Source: Lama glama
Taxonomy: Eukaryota
Direction: 5' to 3'
DNA: 64,000 bases
Assembly: GCA_028534125.1 (NCBI GenBank)
Contig: CM052817.1
Span: 60,824,001-60,888,000 of the forward strand
The notes below the pieces were generated by a model, which was given only the letters and a program-made list of their open reading frames with translations, did no database searches and was not told the DNA's origin. Both the position numbers and the translations under genes were made by a program. Positions 1-13,767 of the stretch are shown piece after piece (within the stretch, counting starts at the first letter, position 1; each line of letters begins with the position of its first letter).

Positions 1-1310
1 GGGGATGAGCCAGATGACTACTGCTTGTATTCAAAACTGTCATCACACCTTCTTCCCTTGTGGGTACAGGCTGAAAAAAACAGATTACCTATGCACAAAT
101 CACTAGTAATCTTTTCTGTATATTTAGGGGATATGGGCATCATATCCTACTTAATTAAAAAATATTATACACACTAAAGTTCAATTTCTCAAAAAAAAGC
201 TCTGAAATTAAAAAGAAAATGTTAATTTGATAGATGTCATGCCTTACAAAAGGGGTGATAAATGGAAGGTTATATTCCACGTTTTAAGCTTTTTAGATTT
301 TACATTTTGCCATAAATTTCTTTGCACTAGATGACTGGCAGTCTAGAATAAGACATCAGGAAGGGGAGATGAAATGAAGATTTATAGGCAGAGTGCAGAC
401 CCAAAGCTAGCTGGGTCATCGGTGAGAATTTCCATTCCTTTCTCAATCTCTGTTAAATTTTAAATTAGACTTCACTGTTAAGAGGGCTCAGTACTGAGGA
501 TGCAGAAACTAGTTCTTGATAAGTTGAAAACCTTATCAAGATAAGAGATTTGACCCTTTTGTACTAAATGATTTTAAAGGAAGGCTATAATGGCCCCTTT
601 TCATAATAGAATCTCTGATTTACTAAAAAGTAGCTTTAATATATGACTCATTATTTTGCATTTACAATACCAGCATTATTATGATAATAGTGTCAAAAAT
701 AAAGCACTATCCGTGATTCTTTTTTATGATCCAGAGTTGGAGGGCTTTGTGAAAAAAAAGGGGTGGGGGGCCTCTGGAATAATTAGAGTTGAATTTTAGA
801 ACATTATCCATATGAATTATTTCTAACAAAGAGTAGTCTCATGTGAAAAGCAGGGGAATCCTATATTCCTAGCTACATTTACTCAGTGTTTTAATGTCAG
901 TTAGAATGCTATCTCAGTCAAAATAGCTCCTATATATGTAAAATTATGGTTATTTCTCAAGTTATACCATTTTTTTCTTCAAGTGAAAACACATTTAAGT
1001 GGTGTTATTTTGACTTGCCAGGAGACACAGGTAGTCACCAAAACAAGTTTTATATTACAAGACAGTGCTTGCAGTCAGAAAAAAAAGAACATTCTCTGTA
1101 ATTTTGTAGTGAAAGAAAAATAAAAGAGGCACTATTTAATTCAGATAGATATTTGTGCATTAGAAATTACTGTGGACTAAATCATTTATTATTTTAGTTG
1201 AAGTTCCTATTAAGAATGGGAGAAATACTATTTATTGAATGGGCAGTAGACATGCATCTGCCCCTCAACTCGTAAGCAAACAACTTTAAGAATCAAATTT
1301 TTAAATTATA

Positions 1311-1758
1311 TGTCAAGAATTAGGAAATGTCTGAGATTTTATCCTATTTGCAAGTACCAAGTTTGCCCTGCCACAGTTTCATTGATGCTGGCGGAAGACA
1401 CAAGACTCCTGGATCGTAAATGAAGAACTTTACTACTCATGGCAGAGTGACCACCATGAGCTTCGTGTTTTCAGGTTTTCCTTGCCCGCAGGTCCTATGG
1501 AGATAAGGCAGAAGCAGGTCCAGAGGGAGCCTGCTCACACAGTGGGTTTAGAAACATCCAGTCTTACTCGGGGACTGCTAGGAAGCCTGCCCAAACTTTG
1601 CCCAAGAGGAAGACATTATTTCTATTGTCTAGTCAGGGAAAAAAAAAAATCTGCCTTTATCTCCCCAGGCTGTTTGCTAGACAAATATTCTTGAAAAGAG
1701 CCAGGACAAAAGATGTCACAAGGCATGTATAAACAAAATGAAAAATTGCCCCTCAACA
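1311..1758 (-). mobile_element. ERVL-class solo LTR, LTR40-like
   Basis: Bounded by TG...CA (tgtcaagaat...cctcaaca). The internal stretch 'ctgagattttatcctatttgcaag...gccacagtttcattgatgctggcggaagacacaagactcctgg' resembles the reverse complement of the LTR40 3' end as I recall it. Confidence 0.65.
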
Positions 1759-1766
1759 AAATACTG

Positions 1767-2416
1767 CAGTAGAACCTCATTATTCACTTTTCTGTACTTG
1801 AGAATTCACTTACTTACTGAAATTAATGTGTATCCCTAAAATCAATACTTGCCACACTTTCACAGTCATAAGCAGACATGGGCAGAGTGAGTTTCCTGAC
1901 ACTCAGGTTCCCGGCTAAGGTCAACAGGGGGACTCACCGCCGTCTTGTTTTATCTCTCATACAGAAGCAAGTGTCTTTTCTGTAGTCTGCCAAGTGTCAT
2001 GTTCTTTGTATTTTTGTGCACTTTTTTTTTTTTGGTGATTTTGCTATGTAAAATGGCCCTGAATCGTGCTGAAGTAGGATTCCAGGCCTAGGATTCCCAA
2101 GTACAAGAAGGCTATGGCATGTCTCACAGAGAAAATAAGTGTGCTGGGTAAGCTTCATTCAGGCTTAAGTTACAGTGATGTTGGCAGTGAGTTCAAAGTT
2201 AGTGACTCAAACAGTACATATTAAATAAAATGTCTTTAGACAGAAATAGTCCTAAAACAAGGTTATGTATTGATCTGTTGATGAAAATGTTGTGACCAGA
2301 GGCTCACAGGAATCTACCCCTGTATTTCCCCTAGGAGCAATGGTCCAGTATTCATTAATTCAGCGTATGTGGCAACATTATGGACCATCACTGCTGTGTA
2401 TAATGAGAACCAACTG
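1767..2416 (+). mobile_element. MER82 (TcMar-Tigger non-autonomous DNA transposon), near full length
   Basis: Starts cagtagaacctcattattc and ends taatgagaaccaactg followed by TA, giving degenerate terminal inverted repeats. The internal sequence (aaatggccc..., aagaaggctatggcatgtctcacagagaaaata, ttgtgaccagaggctcacaggaatctacccctgtatttcccctaggagcaatgg) is colinear with the remembered MER82 consensus. Confidence 0.85.
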
Positions 2417-2429
2417 TACAGTCACAAAT

Positions 2430-3106
2430 GGCAGCAACCCCGCTTCCACTCTTGCTCCTTTACAGCCTCTCCTCAACAAAACAGTGAGAGATCTTGTAAA
2501 ACTGAAGCATGATCACAGCTCAGCTCTGTTCGTTCTCCAGTGACTTTGCCCTCTCATAATCAAAAACAAATTTATCTCAGTGGTCCTACAGCGTATGAAT
2601 CCCCATCTTGTGTCTGTGGCCTCTGGCCTCAGCTTCTTCCACTCTCCCCCTTGCTCGTTCTGCTCTGGCCACCCTGGCTTCCTTGCTGTTTAAGGAACAC
2701 TCCAGGCAGTTTCCTGCTTCAATACTTCTGCACTTACTTTTCCCTCTGCCTAAAAAGCTCTTGTTCTTTGCCCAGCTGTCTAAATGACTTACTCCCTCAT
2801 CTCTTTTAGGTCTTTGCTAAAAGGTCACCTACCCATTGAGGTCATCACTGACCAACCTACTTAAAATTGCAAGCCTGTCCCTCCCAACCCTAGTATTCCC
2901 CAGCGCCTGTCTCTGCTTTGTTGTTCTCCATGGCACTACCACCATCTGACGTCGTATAAATATTACATGTGCATTTGTTTACCTGTATCCTTCCCAAAGT
3001 ATGCAGGGATTCTTATTTTCTGTTTTATTCATGGCTATATACCCAGAACCTAGAACAGTGCCTGCCTCACAATAGATTGTTAATAAATGGTGATTTGATA
3101 AAGGAA
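2430..3106 (+). mobile_element. L2 LINE 3' fragment
   Basis: Pyrimidine-rich L2 body ending in the typical 'cccagaacctagaacagtgcctgcctcacaatag...aataaat' tail. Confidence 0.75.
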
Positions 3107-4744
3107 ATTAAAAATCTTTTGGAGTTTTCAGTGATTTTCTTTTTTGCCGTAGGGTCAGCTCTCCCTTAATCTGCTGCTAAAGAAAGCTCCTGAGAATATT
3201 TCTTCAAAACAGATAAATTAACAGGGAGAGAGGCAGAGCTCAAAAGTCTTGCTCAGGCTCAGCAAGGCTTGAAATCTAATTGGGAAAAGGTAGCAGGGTG
3301 TTTTCAAGCTGTCTTGAAAAGAGAGGAATAGCAAATCTCTTCATTGTTCACATTGACAACAATGTTTTTAGTAGCATGAGAGTTGATATTAGATTTAAAA
3401 ATACCTTTTTTTGGAAAAAAAAACTCTACTCACTCAAAAAAGTGTTGTCTCTGTAATTTCTTTGTCCAATGGTATCAAATCAAATAAATCCCTCATGAAG
3501 GAAAAGAAGAGTGCTTTTTCTTTAGAAAACAAAACAATTAGAGTCTAGCTACATTGCCCGCAAAACATGAACTGTTTCATTTAACTAACTGAGAACACAG
3601 CTTGATTTAAGTCCTAAATCAGGAAGCAATCTCCATTAATAAAAGGCAAGTCCCTTACAAGCATGTCTCTCTCTGCCCTAAACAGATACAGAGAGAGAAC
3701 TCGTGGTGCTTTAGCACGTTGCCGCAGACAGCCACAGATAAATGGAACAACTACAAGGCAAACTTTGAAACAGATGGTTTGGTTTGGTATGAAGGCTAGT
3801 TCTGAGTTTTACCATCAGGTGGTTTTCTCATGCTATTATAATCCAAGTTTCTCTGGATCTCACCAATTGGGAGCTGTCAGCAAGGCCACACCATCTTTAG
3901 GAACTTCACATTCACTAACTCAGTGCCCCACAGAACTTAGGACCCGCAGCCTCCCTTCAATGTTTTACACTGTTATTTTATGGGATTCCTTAGGTGGGTT
4001 ATTTTGTGTGCTCATGAAGAGTCCTCTCAAGATATTGCATCTGCTAGTGTCCCCAAAACCATTTGAAGGTAGCATTTTGGCTGCCCAAGCTCAACCATAA
4101 AAACACACATCAACACACATGACACCAAGGGTGTCATCACTTGAGAGTCAAAGCAGAGCCAGTTTTCCCACAGTCCTCACTACCCTGGAGCCATGCTGCA
4201 GCCTAGGTGAGAATGCTGCTCTCCTGAGCTGGGTTACACTTGGATGCTGTGTGAGAGCAGCACTTCTGTCTGCTTCTGCTGGCAACCTTTTTTTGTGTGA
4301 AGGACTTGAACAGGTATGCGGTCTGGCAGACTCACATACATACATATATACATGTATATAAATATAATATGACCCTGAAGTAAGAGCCATAAGACATAGG
4401 TAATGCGTTACTGGAATACCAAGGAGATAGAGGACTCTAGGAAGAAAGGCTTCATGATGGGAGGGGCATTTATGTAGACCTCAGTCTGTAAATATTTTAT
4501 ATGTGTCATTATTCATATTACTTAATTTTTGGCTAGAAAATCTCTTTCCTCAGTTTCCCTTACCCTGTATTTCAAGAAGGCAATCTAAAACTCTAAGGTA
4601 TTAGTGGTCTCACGTAAAATTTTTCTTATATATAAAGTAGTTATGTATGGTGTCCCACTGAGAAGATCTGAAAGACTGCTTTGGTCTAGGCTATCTGTGA
4701 TAACCCTTTTTCATATATCAAATATTACAAATATTTCTGACCAA

Positions 4745-5115
4745 AAAAATCCTACTTTGATGGAACCTGCATTCTCATGCTATGAAGGACAATAATCAAG
4801 ATAAGGGGGAAAATGAGTGGGGTGGGATGTGGGTCAGTGGTTAATCATTTGCACAGAGTGGTCGAGGATAGACTGTCTAAGTGACAGGCCAGCAGAAACC
4901 TGAAGGCGGTGAAGGAACAAGCCATGTAGATCTCTTGGAAAGAACATTTCAGACAGAAGGACTGGCAATGCAGAGGCCCTGAAATGGGCATAGTTAGCAC
5001 GCTCAAGGAGTAGTACAGGTGTAGAGCCCAGCGAGTAAGAGGGGAAGTGGTGGGAGCTGCAGTCAAAGAGGTAGCCCAGGGCCATGTCACATACAACTTT
5101 ATAAGCCAATGTCTT
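4745..5115 (-). mobile_element. L2 fragment, left part (interrupted by L1)
   Basis: Antisense L2 motifs (agaaacctgaagg, gaacatttcagacagaagg...gcaatgcagaggccctga). Continues after 5783. Confidence 0.65.
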
Positions 5116-5118
5116 TGC

Positions 5119-5782
5119 TTTTTTTAATCTTTTTTTATTGAGACATAATTGACATATTAGTTTCAGATGTACAGCATGGTCCAGTATATGTATATACTGC
5201 AAAATGATCACCAAAGTCTAGTTAACATCCATCACCACACATAGTTGCAGAATTTTTTCCTTGGGATGAGAACTCTTAAGATCTGATATCTTAGCAACTT
5301 TCAAATATACAAAACATTCCTATTAACTGTAGTCATGATGCTACACATCACACCCCCAAGACATTTACTTTATAATCGGATATTTGTACCTCTTGTCCCC
5401 CTTCACCCATCTCACCCCCCATCCCCCACCTCTGGCAACTACCCATTTGCTCTGTTCTCTGAATCCATGCGCTCAGTTTTTTCTTTTGCTTTTTGTTTCT
5501 TTTTTTTTAAATTCCTTAATAATTCTTTCTCTATCTGACTTATTTCACTCAGCCTAATGCTCTCAAGATCCATCCATGTTATCATAAACGACAAGATTTC
5601 ATTCTTTTTATGGCTGATATGATATTTTCTTTATTCATTTATCTATTGAGGAACACTTAGATTGCTTTCACATCTTGGCTATTGTAAATAAAGCTGCAGT
5701 GAACAAGGAGGTGCAGATATCTTTCAAGTTAGTGTTTTTATTTTCTTCAGATAAATACCTAGAAGTGAAATTGCTGGATAAT
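5119..5782 (-). mobile_element. L1 3' end (L1MA-like), 5'-truncated, inserted into L2
   Basis: T-rich tail followed by antisense L1 3'UTR (ctgacttatttcactcagc, ccatccatgtt, ttcattctttttatggctga, ggctattgtaaataaagctgcagtgaaca). Similar flanks atgtctttgctttt / atgtggactttggtttt may be a decayed TSD. Confidence 0.85.
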
Positions 5783-6205
5783 GTGGACTTTGGTTTTAAT
5801 TTGAATGAGATAAAAGGACATTAGAAAGCTTTGAGCAGAGAAATAGTGCTGTCTGAATCAAGGTTTAAAAAGATCACAGTGAATGCTTGGTTGTGGCAAA
5901 TGATAGTGGACAAAGTGGAAGCAAGGAGACCAATTAGGAAAGCTTGTGTAACATGTGATTGTGACTTGGGCCATAATGGCGGAGCAAAGGGTATATGAAG
6001 TGGTCCCATTCTGAACAGATAAGACAGAACTTGCTAACAGATTAGATGTGAGGTTTGAAAGAAAGGGAAGAGTCAAGTATGACTCCAAGGCTGGTGGTCT
6101 GAACAACCAGACAGTAGAGGTCATTTAATGGGATGGGAAACCTATAGGAGGTACATGTTGAGGCAGATGAAGACATGAAAATAGAGAAATCAGTCCTGGA
6201 AAATA
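5783..6205 (-). mobile_element. L2 fragment, right part
   Basis: Antisense L2 motifs (ggaagcaaggagaccaattaggaaagc, gacagaacttgctaacagattagatgtg, agtcaagtatgactccaagg). Confidence 0.7.
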
Positions 6206-6209
6206 TGAC

Positions 6210-6410
6210 CTTTGAGGCTTTGGTGATTTGGGTCAGATCTGCTATCACTCTGCTGCTCCTTATATGATGTTCAGTGTTAGCTCAGCTCTTCAGAAGCTCA
6301 ATTTCCTTACCTGTGTCATGAGGATAATAGAACCCAACGTGTAAACTAGTTATCGTGAGGATTCAGCAAAGAGCAGATATAAAGTACCTAAAACACAAAT
6401 TTTAACAGAT
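6210..6410 (+). mobile_element. MIR SINE
   Basis: Core-like 'ctcaatttccttacctgtgtcatgaggataataga...gtgaggatt...ataaagtaccta'. Confidence 0.55.
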
Positions 6411-6426
6411 GCTAAAACAAAATGAC

Positions 6427-6447
6427 GTGTGTGTGTGTGTGTGTGTG
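6427..6447. repeat. (GT)10 microsatellite
   Basis: Read directly from the sequence. Confidence 0.9.
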
Positions 6448-8719
6448 ATTAATGGGATTTATCATAATCTTCATGAGATTAGGTGTGAGGTTTCTTATGG
6501 TACTGTGAGAATTATTTGCAGAAAATTTTCTAGGATTTTGTCTGAATGAGAGGAATTCTAATTAAACACTTAAGAAAGGAGATCTCATCCCATATCGTCC
6601 AGTACCCATGTTCCTCATAAAAATTTGTCCTTTATTTTTTAGCTCCTTTTCTGGCTTTATTATTCACAGTATGCTATGCTCTTTCATGAGTGTTTTAGGT
6701 TTTTTTTTTTCCCCTCATCACTTGGCCAGAAAGCTAAAGCATCAATCAGTCTGGTAAACTTTTGTACAAACCACTAAATGCATGCTTGATTTTATTCTTT
6801 TGGAATTTATATAGTGCCTCAGATCATCAAGGCATCAAGATACTATTGTAATTTATGTGTTGCATTTTCTCCAAAATTATTAATTTAACACCACATGGTA
6901 AATCAACTAAACCTCAATTAAAAAGCAAAATTATTAATTTATACTCTCCTTCCTAAATATCTTGTTTACTTTTAAATAGATTATTGTTGTATGTGGGGTA
7001 CATGTTAGCACTGTCCTGAATTAAAAACTGAATAAACATCTTTATTCTCAGAAGGACAGACCAACCTGACGCATTTCCCTGACAGGCAGTAGTGGGTTTT
7101 GATTTGGGCTCAGTCACTCCATCTCCAACATCAGGGCCCGTCAGCTGCCCACATTTCCTACTTACAAGTTTCCTCAAACTGCACCTCACTAGGTCCTTAC
7201 CTCACTCATCCTCTCCGCTTTTCACAAGACATTCTTCCTCTCTCTTTAAGGTGGGGTTTTTATACACCTGTCCTCCAGTCTTCCACAAAGCTAGTCCACA
7301 GACAGCAGTAAGAACTGCCTCGCTTCCAGTGTGCTCCATCACCTCAAAATCAGTTCTTTGTTATACTTAGCACCTAAGTCAGGTGCCAGCAAACTACCTT
7401 TTAAAGCTGGTTTTGATAGGTCTGAGTGCTCTTGAGTTTTACATTCATTATTTGAATGTACCACATTTTTTTGTATCTTCTTATAGGTCTGCCCCCTTAA
7501 ATGCCCATCTTCATCTACAATGGTCACATCTATTTTCCCCTTAACCCCACTTTTGAGGTACCCTCTTAATTTACATGTCACCATATTTTTTACTACTCCC
7601 TTTCTGAAGCATCTCTATCTCTCCCCCATATAAAGTTTTACTCAGTTTCCAAGGTTTGTTTCTAATAACTGCTTCTTCCTTAAAGTCATTTCATTCTGCA
7701 CTCACTCAGCCCTACTGCATGTAACAGAGTAAACTTTATAATGTAGTACTTGTGTGCGTGTCCTTGCTTGACCATAAGCCCCCAACAGGCAGACACAGTA
7801 ACTGGCTTATGTTTTATTTCCCAGAATTCTTTGTATATAATAGATAGTCAGCAATGTCTGTTGAGATAATATATTTCTTTTCTTAATGTCTTTATTTTTT
7901 ATCTGCTATATCTTCATTGTCAGCATTGTTCTCGCGTAACAGTCCACATCAGTTTTTTTGCTACCAGACACAGTTTCAGTAATGCAACAAGTTTGAGCAT
8001 CTTCTATATGACTTTTAATGAATTTGGATTTAGGAATGCAGTGAATTCATGCATAATTGTTTGCTTAGAGGAGCTTAAAGTATGGAAGGAAAAACTCACA
8101 AGTAAATAGTATGTTATGTGACATATATACCGTGACGGTAGTGATATTTTTCAGAGTGGTATCTGAGCAGCTAAAGAGTTTCAGAGGTTCTTTTTCTCTG
8201 GAGTTTGGGTGAATTGAAGAGTACAGTAAATACGTTAAGCACCTAGAACAGTGCCCTGCATATGGAAGCCACACAAGAAATGCTGTTTGTTGAATTAATT
8301 ATATGTGGCAGCTAGAAGGTAAGTTCAGAGGACAGCAACAGGGCAGGGCTACTGGTAAGGCACTGTCAGTGCATTGTGATGTCAATATCGTTTTCCTGCC
8401 TTATCGTAGACCTCAGCTTTCAGTTACTTACACCCTCGGTTGAGGACTCCCTGGATCTCACCTGAATGAGACGATGAAAAGAATAAGACTGAGTTGTCTC
8501 CCAGGTGACTAAGATCGCTTCCTAACAGCGTTTCCAGAAGCTTCCCCCCAAAACAGGTACCTTTAAAAATGGACCTACAGCATTAATGTAAGAAAGAAGG
8601 AAAGAAATGAAGTTATTATGAAATTATTTTTAACCATTAGAACACTTCTTTAAATCACTGTCAAATTTTAGGTGGTATCAGGTGTTTTAATTTTATTCGT
8701 GATGAAATAAACTTTTCAT

Positions 8720-9010
8720 TCATCAGTTAGTAATTGACTTATAAATTCAACACACATCTATTGCAAACCTACTATGTGATGGTTTCTTTCCTAGGATCCA
8801 GAAATACAAAGGCAAATAGGATTACTCTTGCCTCCAATTAGCCTATTCCAAGTGACTGAAAAGAAAAATAAATAAAACAACTCATTATATCATGGTAAGA
8901 GTTCAGTCAGGGTTTTTAAACAGAACAGAGAAGAAGAGCATCTAAATCAGGTTGAGAAGCAAAGGGGAAGGCTGTTTGAAAGAAATGATGTGCTTAAACT
9001 GATTTTGAAG
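8720..9010 (-). mobile_element. L2 3' fragment
   Basis: 'attcaacacacatctattgcaaacctactatgtg...ctaggatccagaaatacaaagg' matches the antisense L2 end. Confidence 0.5.
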
Positions 9011-10169
9011 CACAAAGCTAACGTGACATAACAACTAGCTAGCAGAACCATTTGACCAAGTACATCCAGGTTCCCATTATTTTATGTTAGATTTCCTTCC
9101 TCTTTTTTTTTTTTAAATCTGTGCTTTTCTTGGCCTTAAGTGATAAGCAGGAGGAAACACCTATGGAGAAGACTTATATCTACTGCCTTTGAAGAAGCAT
9201 AATTCTAACATGAAGTACCTTTTATGAGCTTAAATGATCAAAAGAGAAGCCTGCTGAGATGGGTTTCATAGGGAGCGGTGGCTTTAAGAATCAAGAGTCC
9301 TAGGATAAACCAAATGTCTGTCACCAGATAGGTGCTATGAAAGTAAATCACCATTACTTCCGTTTCCTGAAAATGCACTCTTTTACCAGGTCTTACATGA
9401 ATATACTGATAAAGATTTTAGCCATAAAACTTACAAAGTAACATTCTCATATAAATATAATAGCTTCTATTCTATGACAGAGATGAGATTGAGGAACTGA
9501 ATTTGTTGAGTCACATAGCCACTGTTTCTTTTGTTTAAATTCACCATATGAAATAAGATTTAATATAATTCCATGTAAGACTAGCACAGTGCTTTGAGAC
9601 GGGTTCCAAGTATTTCTGAGAGATTTAAAACAGTGGTATGTTGTATGCCTATTTCTTTTCAAGATGATCAACTGTAGCAATGTCTTTCACCTTTATTATC
9701 TCTAAGGTGTTTCCTTAAACCTTAGATGCTTAAAAAATTAACATTTTTCTTTTTATTCTTATACGAACCAGAGACATGATGAATCGTTATGCATTAACTG
9801 TAGCCGATAATAGCTCTGTAATGTTTTAGTATTCTGCCACCATCAGGTAATTTTTATAATTTTTCATATACCTAAAGCTTTCTCCTCAAATATTATACAC
9901 TTCTCTGCCTTTATAAACAGAGTATTTTAACCTGGGATGATCATTATGAAAATGTATTCTTTCACTGTGCTTTAATACTATGATACCGTTAGGTATTAGT
10001 GAGATGTCCATAATTACTCTCTCCTGCACTCAATGACCTTTGAGTTGTATTATCTGATTTTCATATAGGTTCTTCTTTGCTATCAGACTGTTTACCCTCA
10101 CTTTTTATAATTCCTATTGCCACCTCCCCTTTCAACACTCCCTGTTATATTATGCTATTTCAAATGCAG

Positions 10170-10450
10170 TTTATCTTAGCAAATATTAATTGAGGATATA
10201 CTATGTATTAGGCACTGTACAAAGTGCTAGGTTTCAAAGATAAATAAAACATTGTCTCAGCCTTTAAAGAGCAAGGAAAAATAGAGATATGAAAATGTAA
10301 TTACAATTCTGTGTGAGAATTGCGATGAATAGCATTTTAATCTGTGGACAATGTGATGTGTTTCTCCTTGGCCTTGCCAATGTGGGATGGCCTGAGACAA
10401 CTGCAGGGCTCTGTACCAGTGCACCAGGGAAAAATTCAAAGCAGAGTTGT
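10170..10450 (-). mobile_element. L2 3' fragment
   Basis: 'caaatattaattgaggatatactatgtattaggcactgtacaaagtgctagg' matches the antisense L2 end. Confidence 0.5.
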
Positions 10451-12276
10451 TTGTAGTGCATCTCCCATGGAGAAAGATATGTGCCATTAAAAAAAATAGA
10501 ATACATTTGTAAAAGTTTTGTCAAAATAAGGAGAAATAAAGTAAGATTAAGGACACGTTCCTAGCTTATGAGCTTTCCATATTTACTTGTGACATCTGTT
10601 TTGACCATTTAGGGCCTTTTTTTGGCTGACTTCTGTTCTATAGCAAGTACAAAACAGTTTGGAGTGTTCAGTGAGTGAAACCCCAGTGAGTGAAGGGCTA
10701 ATGCATTTATTATGAGAATTTGTTTTGTATTATGTTACACATATCCCATTTTATTATAGTGTGTCATATTTTATTGCCACTACCTTTCCACTATTACATA
10801 GCATTTTCTAATGAGAAAACATTTCAAAGATAATGTGAGACATACAGATATAGCCTCTGAGTTAATGTGGGGGTCATGTTTCTAAATATGCTTTCTATAT
10901 GAAAAAATGTGTTTATGATAGAGTCATATATTAGAACCTTATAAGCATGCATGGAAAATATGTCTCTGAGCATTAAATAGTCAATCTTCTGAAAATTTCT
11001 GGTGGCAAAAATATTCTTGTCTTTTCATATTTAAAATAGCTTTCTTTGCATAATGTATACTACAATAAATTATTATCATTATCATTAGAAATAATATGTT
11101 ACCAGACTTATTTTGGAACTCTGCTGAAATTCCTACATATTTTGAAAAAATTTTAGTGATATGCATGAAATTAACCTCACTGTCATTAAAGTAAATAGTA
11201 GTAATAATAATAATGAAACTGTAATATATTCAGCCTTTGAGCTGGCTGAATTTCAATTTAACCTCAAAGTTAGAACTTCGTCTACTTCACCTCATTCCCT
11301 TGCATAACATACACATAACACTCCCACCGGTTACATTTTTATTTCATGTAATGATTTTCAAGACGATGGGTGGAGAGGGTATAAATCAGTTTCTCCAGGT
11401 GGTATGTGTAGTTTGAAGTTATTACTACTCAGAATTTTTCTGTTTCCACTCCACATTACTTCCACTGGGCTCCCACCCTCCCTCCACCTCCTCTGTTGCA
11501 CATGCACATGAGAAAATCACTGCAGTAAAATTTGAAGATTATTTGGGGCTGGAAATTTTTCAAAGCGCTAGTCACTAATTGGCTATTGTGACTGTTTTCA
11601 AATCCCAATGAAACATCTAATTTCTAGCAGTATAACTTTTTGATGAACTCTCCAGGATAAATTAGTGGCAAAATGTTACCGTAGTGATTAGAGTCATGTA
11701 GAGTTTTTGCATATAAACCAGTAAAGCTAGCCAAAAATGATGATTTTTTTTTACATTTACAGCAGTTATCATAAACCTTTCTTCCCTTGGGCTAGTTACA
11801 ATTTTGGAACAATTGTTTATTAGAGCCAATGATGATATGGTTTTGTTCGTCTCAGCCTTAATATCTGATTATGTCAGGAGACTATTTCTATGAACCCTGA
11901 AACCCAAGGTGATACTAAGCTGAATTTAAGGAAACTGAAATCCTATAATGAATTCATGTCTCTCAGTATAAAACTGTTTCCTGCCCAGTAACAAAGACCC
12001 AAAAGGGAGCAACAAAAATGATATGGTTTCTCACACACTAATAAAGAGAATAACAACTATCAGTAGTGGCCAAACCATCACCAAACCCCATTTGCACCTC
12101 ATAAAAAATCCTGGCCCCATAAGACCATGCTTTACGATTTATCAAAAACGAAACTGTGTCATTCCAGGAGCTGAATGACTTGCTTGTTTAATAAATGGGT
12201 TACAGTGATACTTCCATATAACATTCAGAGTTCTAAGTACTTTTGGATCTGCCCCTGGAGGCAAGGGGACGACTGG

Positions 12277-12756
12277 TGTATTAGGGTTCTCCAGAGAGAC
12301 AGAACTAATTTTATTTAAATATATAGAGAGTTACAGTTACATATGTGAGAGATTATGAAGAATAGGCTCAGGCAGTGGTGGCGACTAAGAAGCCACAGTA
12401 TCTGCCCTCTGCAGGCTGTAGACTCAGGAAAGTCAGTAGTGTAATTCAGTCCAAGTTCAAAAGCCTGAGAACAAGGAGACCCAGTGGTGTAAATCCCAGT
12501 CCAAGGGCAGGAAAAGATGATATGAGATATCCTGGCTCAAGCAATGAGGCAGGAACAAAGGCAAATTCCTTCTTCCTCTGCCTTTTTGTTCTATTCAGAC
12601 CTTCAGTGGATTGGATGATGCCACCCACATTGGGGAGGGCCATCTGCTTTACTGAATCCACTGGCTCAAATGCTAATCTCATCCAGAAACATGCTCAACA
12701 CACTCAGAAAGAATGTTTAATCTGGGCACCCCGTGGCTAGTCAAGTTGACACATAA
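12277..12756 (-). mobile_element. MLT2 (ERVL) solo LTR, MLT2B-like
   Basis: Starts tgtattagggttctccagagagacagaac, contains gattggatgatgccacccacattggggagggccatctgctttact and ends agtcaagttgacacataa, all hallmarks of antisense MLT2. Confidence 0.8.
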
Positions 12757-13534
12757 TGGCAACTTTGAGTACTAGGCAGTTCATCCACATGTTTCTACTA
12801 AAAACAAGTCTATTTGTGTTTATTTTAGATATACTCATTTCCACCTAGATTTCATTCTTAGAAGAATTCACTACTAATGTCTTTTGAAAGTCGCTCTAAC
12901 CACACATTTAGAACAAACAGTATGAAAAAGTTAGTAAGAATCAGAATCTTTCAGACAGACCAGACTTTGATGAAGGAAGCCCAGTGTGCATTTGCTTTAT
13001 AATCAATCTTTCTACAAGAGTATACATGAATATATGAGTACTGAGACCTGAGAGGAATATCAAGATAAGAATAGAAGACAATTACTTTGATTTTGGTTTC
13101 AGTTTTGTCACGGAAACTATGGTGAAAAAAATCAAAGTATCTGAGGCAAATACACCCCAAATTTGAAACTATACTTTGGAGTCTTTTATAGGGAAGACTC
13201 TGAGACTGGCAAAAGGGTATCATAGAACTGGGGTCAGAGTGCCCCACTGTGTTTGCTGCTGCAGAAACCACTGCAAATGGAGTGAAGTTCTAAAACCCTG
13301 TGTAGTGAGGAGGATGGCTTATGTCCAAATTTTAGATGTAGACAATTTGATGTATATGGAAGGATTTTCCTTTAATCATGCCAGCCTAAGAAAGTTAGAT
13401 AAGTTCTCCAAAAGGCTTCCCCTCCCCCCCCCCCCATTTTAAGTATTCAGAAGTCTTAGGACATGCGCTCTATGTTGACTACATCGCATTGAGAAAGGTT
13501 AAAGACTTGGCCTGCCTCTGCCCAGGGCAGTACA

Positions 13535-13725
13535 ATGGAGAGAACCCTACACTAAGGACATGAGTTCTGCCACTGCGCTGTAATAGCTGTGGGCCTTGGT
13601 ACATCATTTGATTTCTCTGAGACGTGGTTTCTACGTCTGTAAAATTATAGTAATAATTCCTTTCTGCCTCACAGAAGTGTTTGTCAAAGTTCAGTGAGGT
13701 TAAGAACATGAAAGCTAAATGTAAG
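13535..13725 (+). mobile_element. MIR SINE
   Basis: 'agctgtgggccttggtacatcatttgatttctctgagacgtggtttctacgtctgtaaaatt' MIR core. Confidence 0.65.
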
Positions 13726-13767
13726 GAATAAGTATATATTAGCTCTTCTTAAAATGTATCAGAGCAG

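Noticed and set aside
3547..3570. AGCTACATTG match to the miR-221 5' end
   Set aside because: The match stops after 10 nt and there is no complementary hairpin arm nearby.
8357..8380. TAAGGCAC match to the miR-124/miR-506 seed
   Set aside because: The remainder does not match either mature miRNA, and I see no precursor hairpin.
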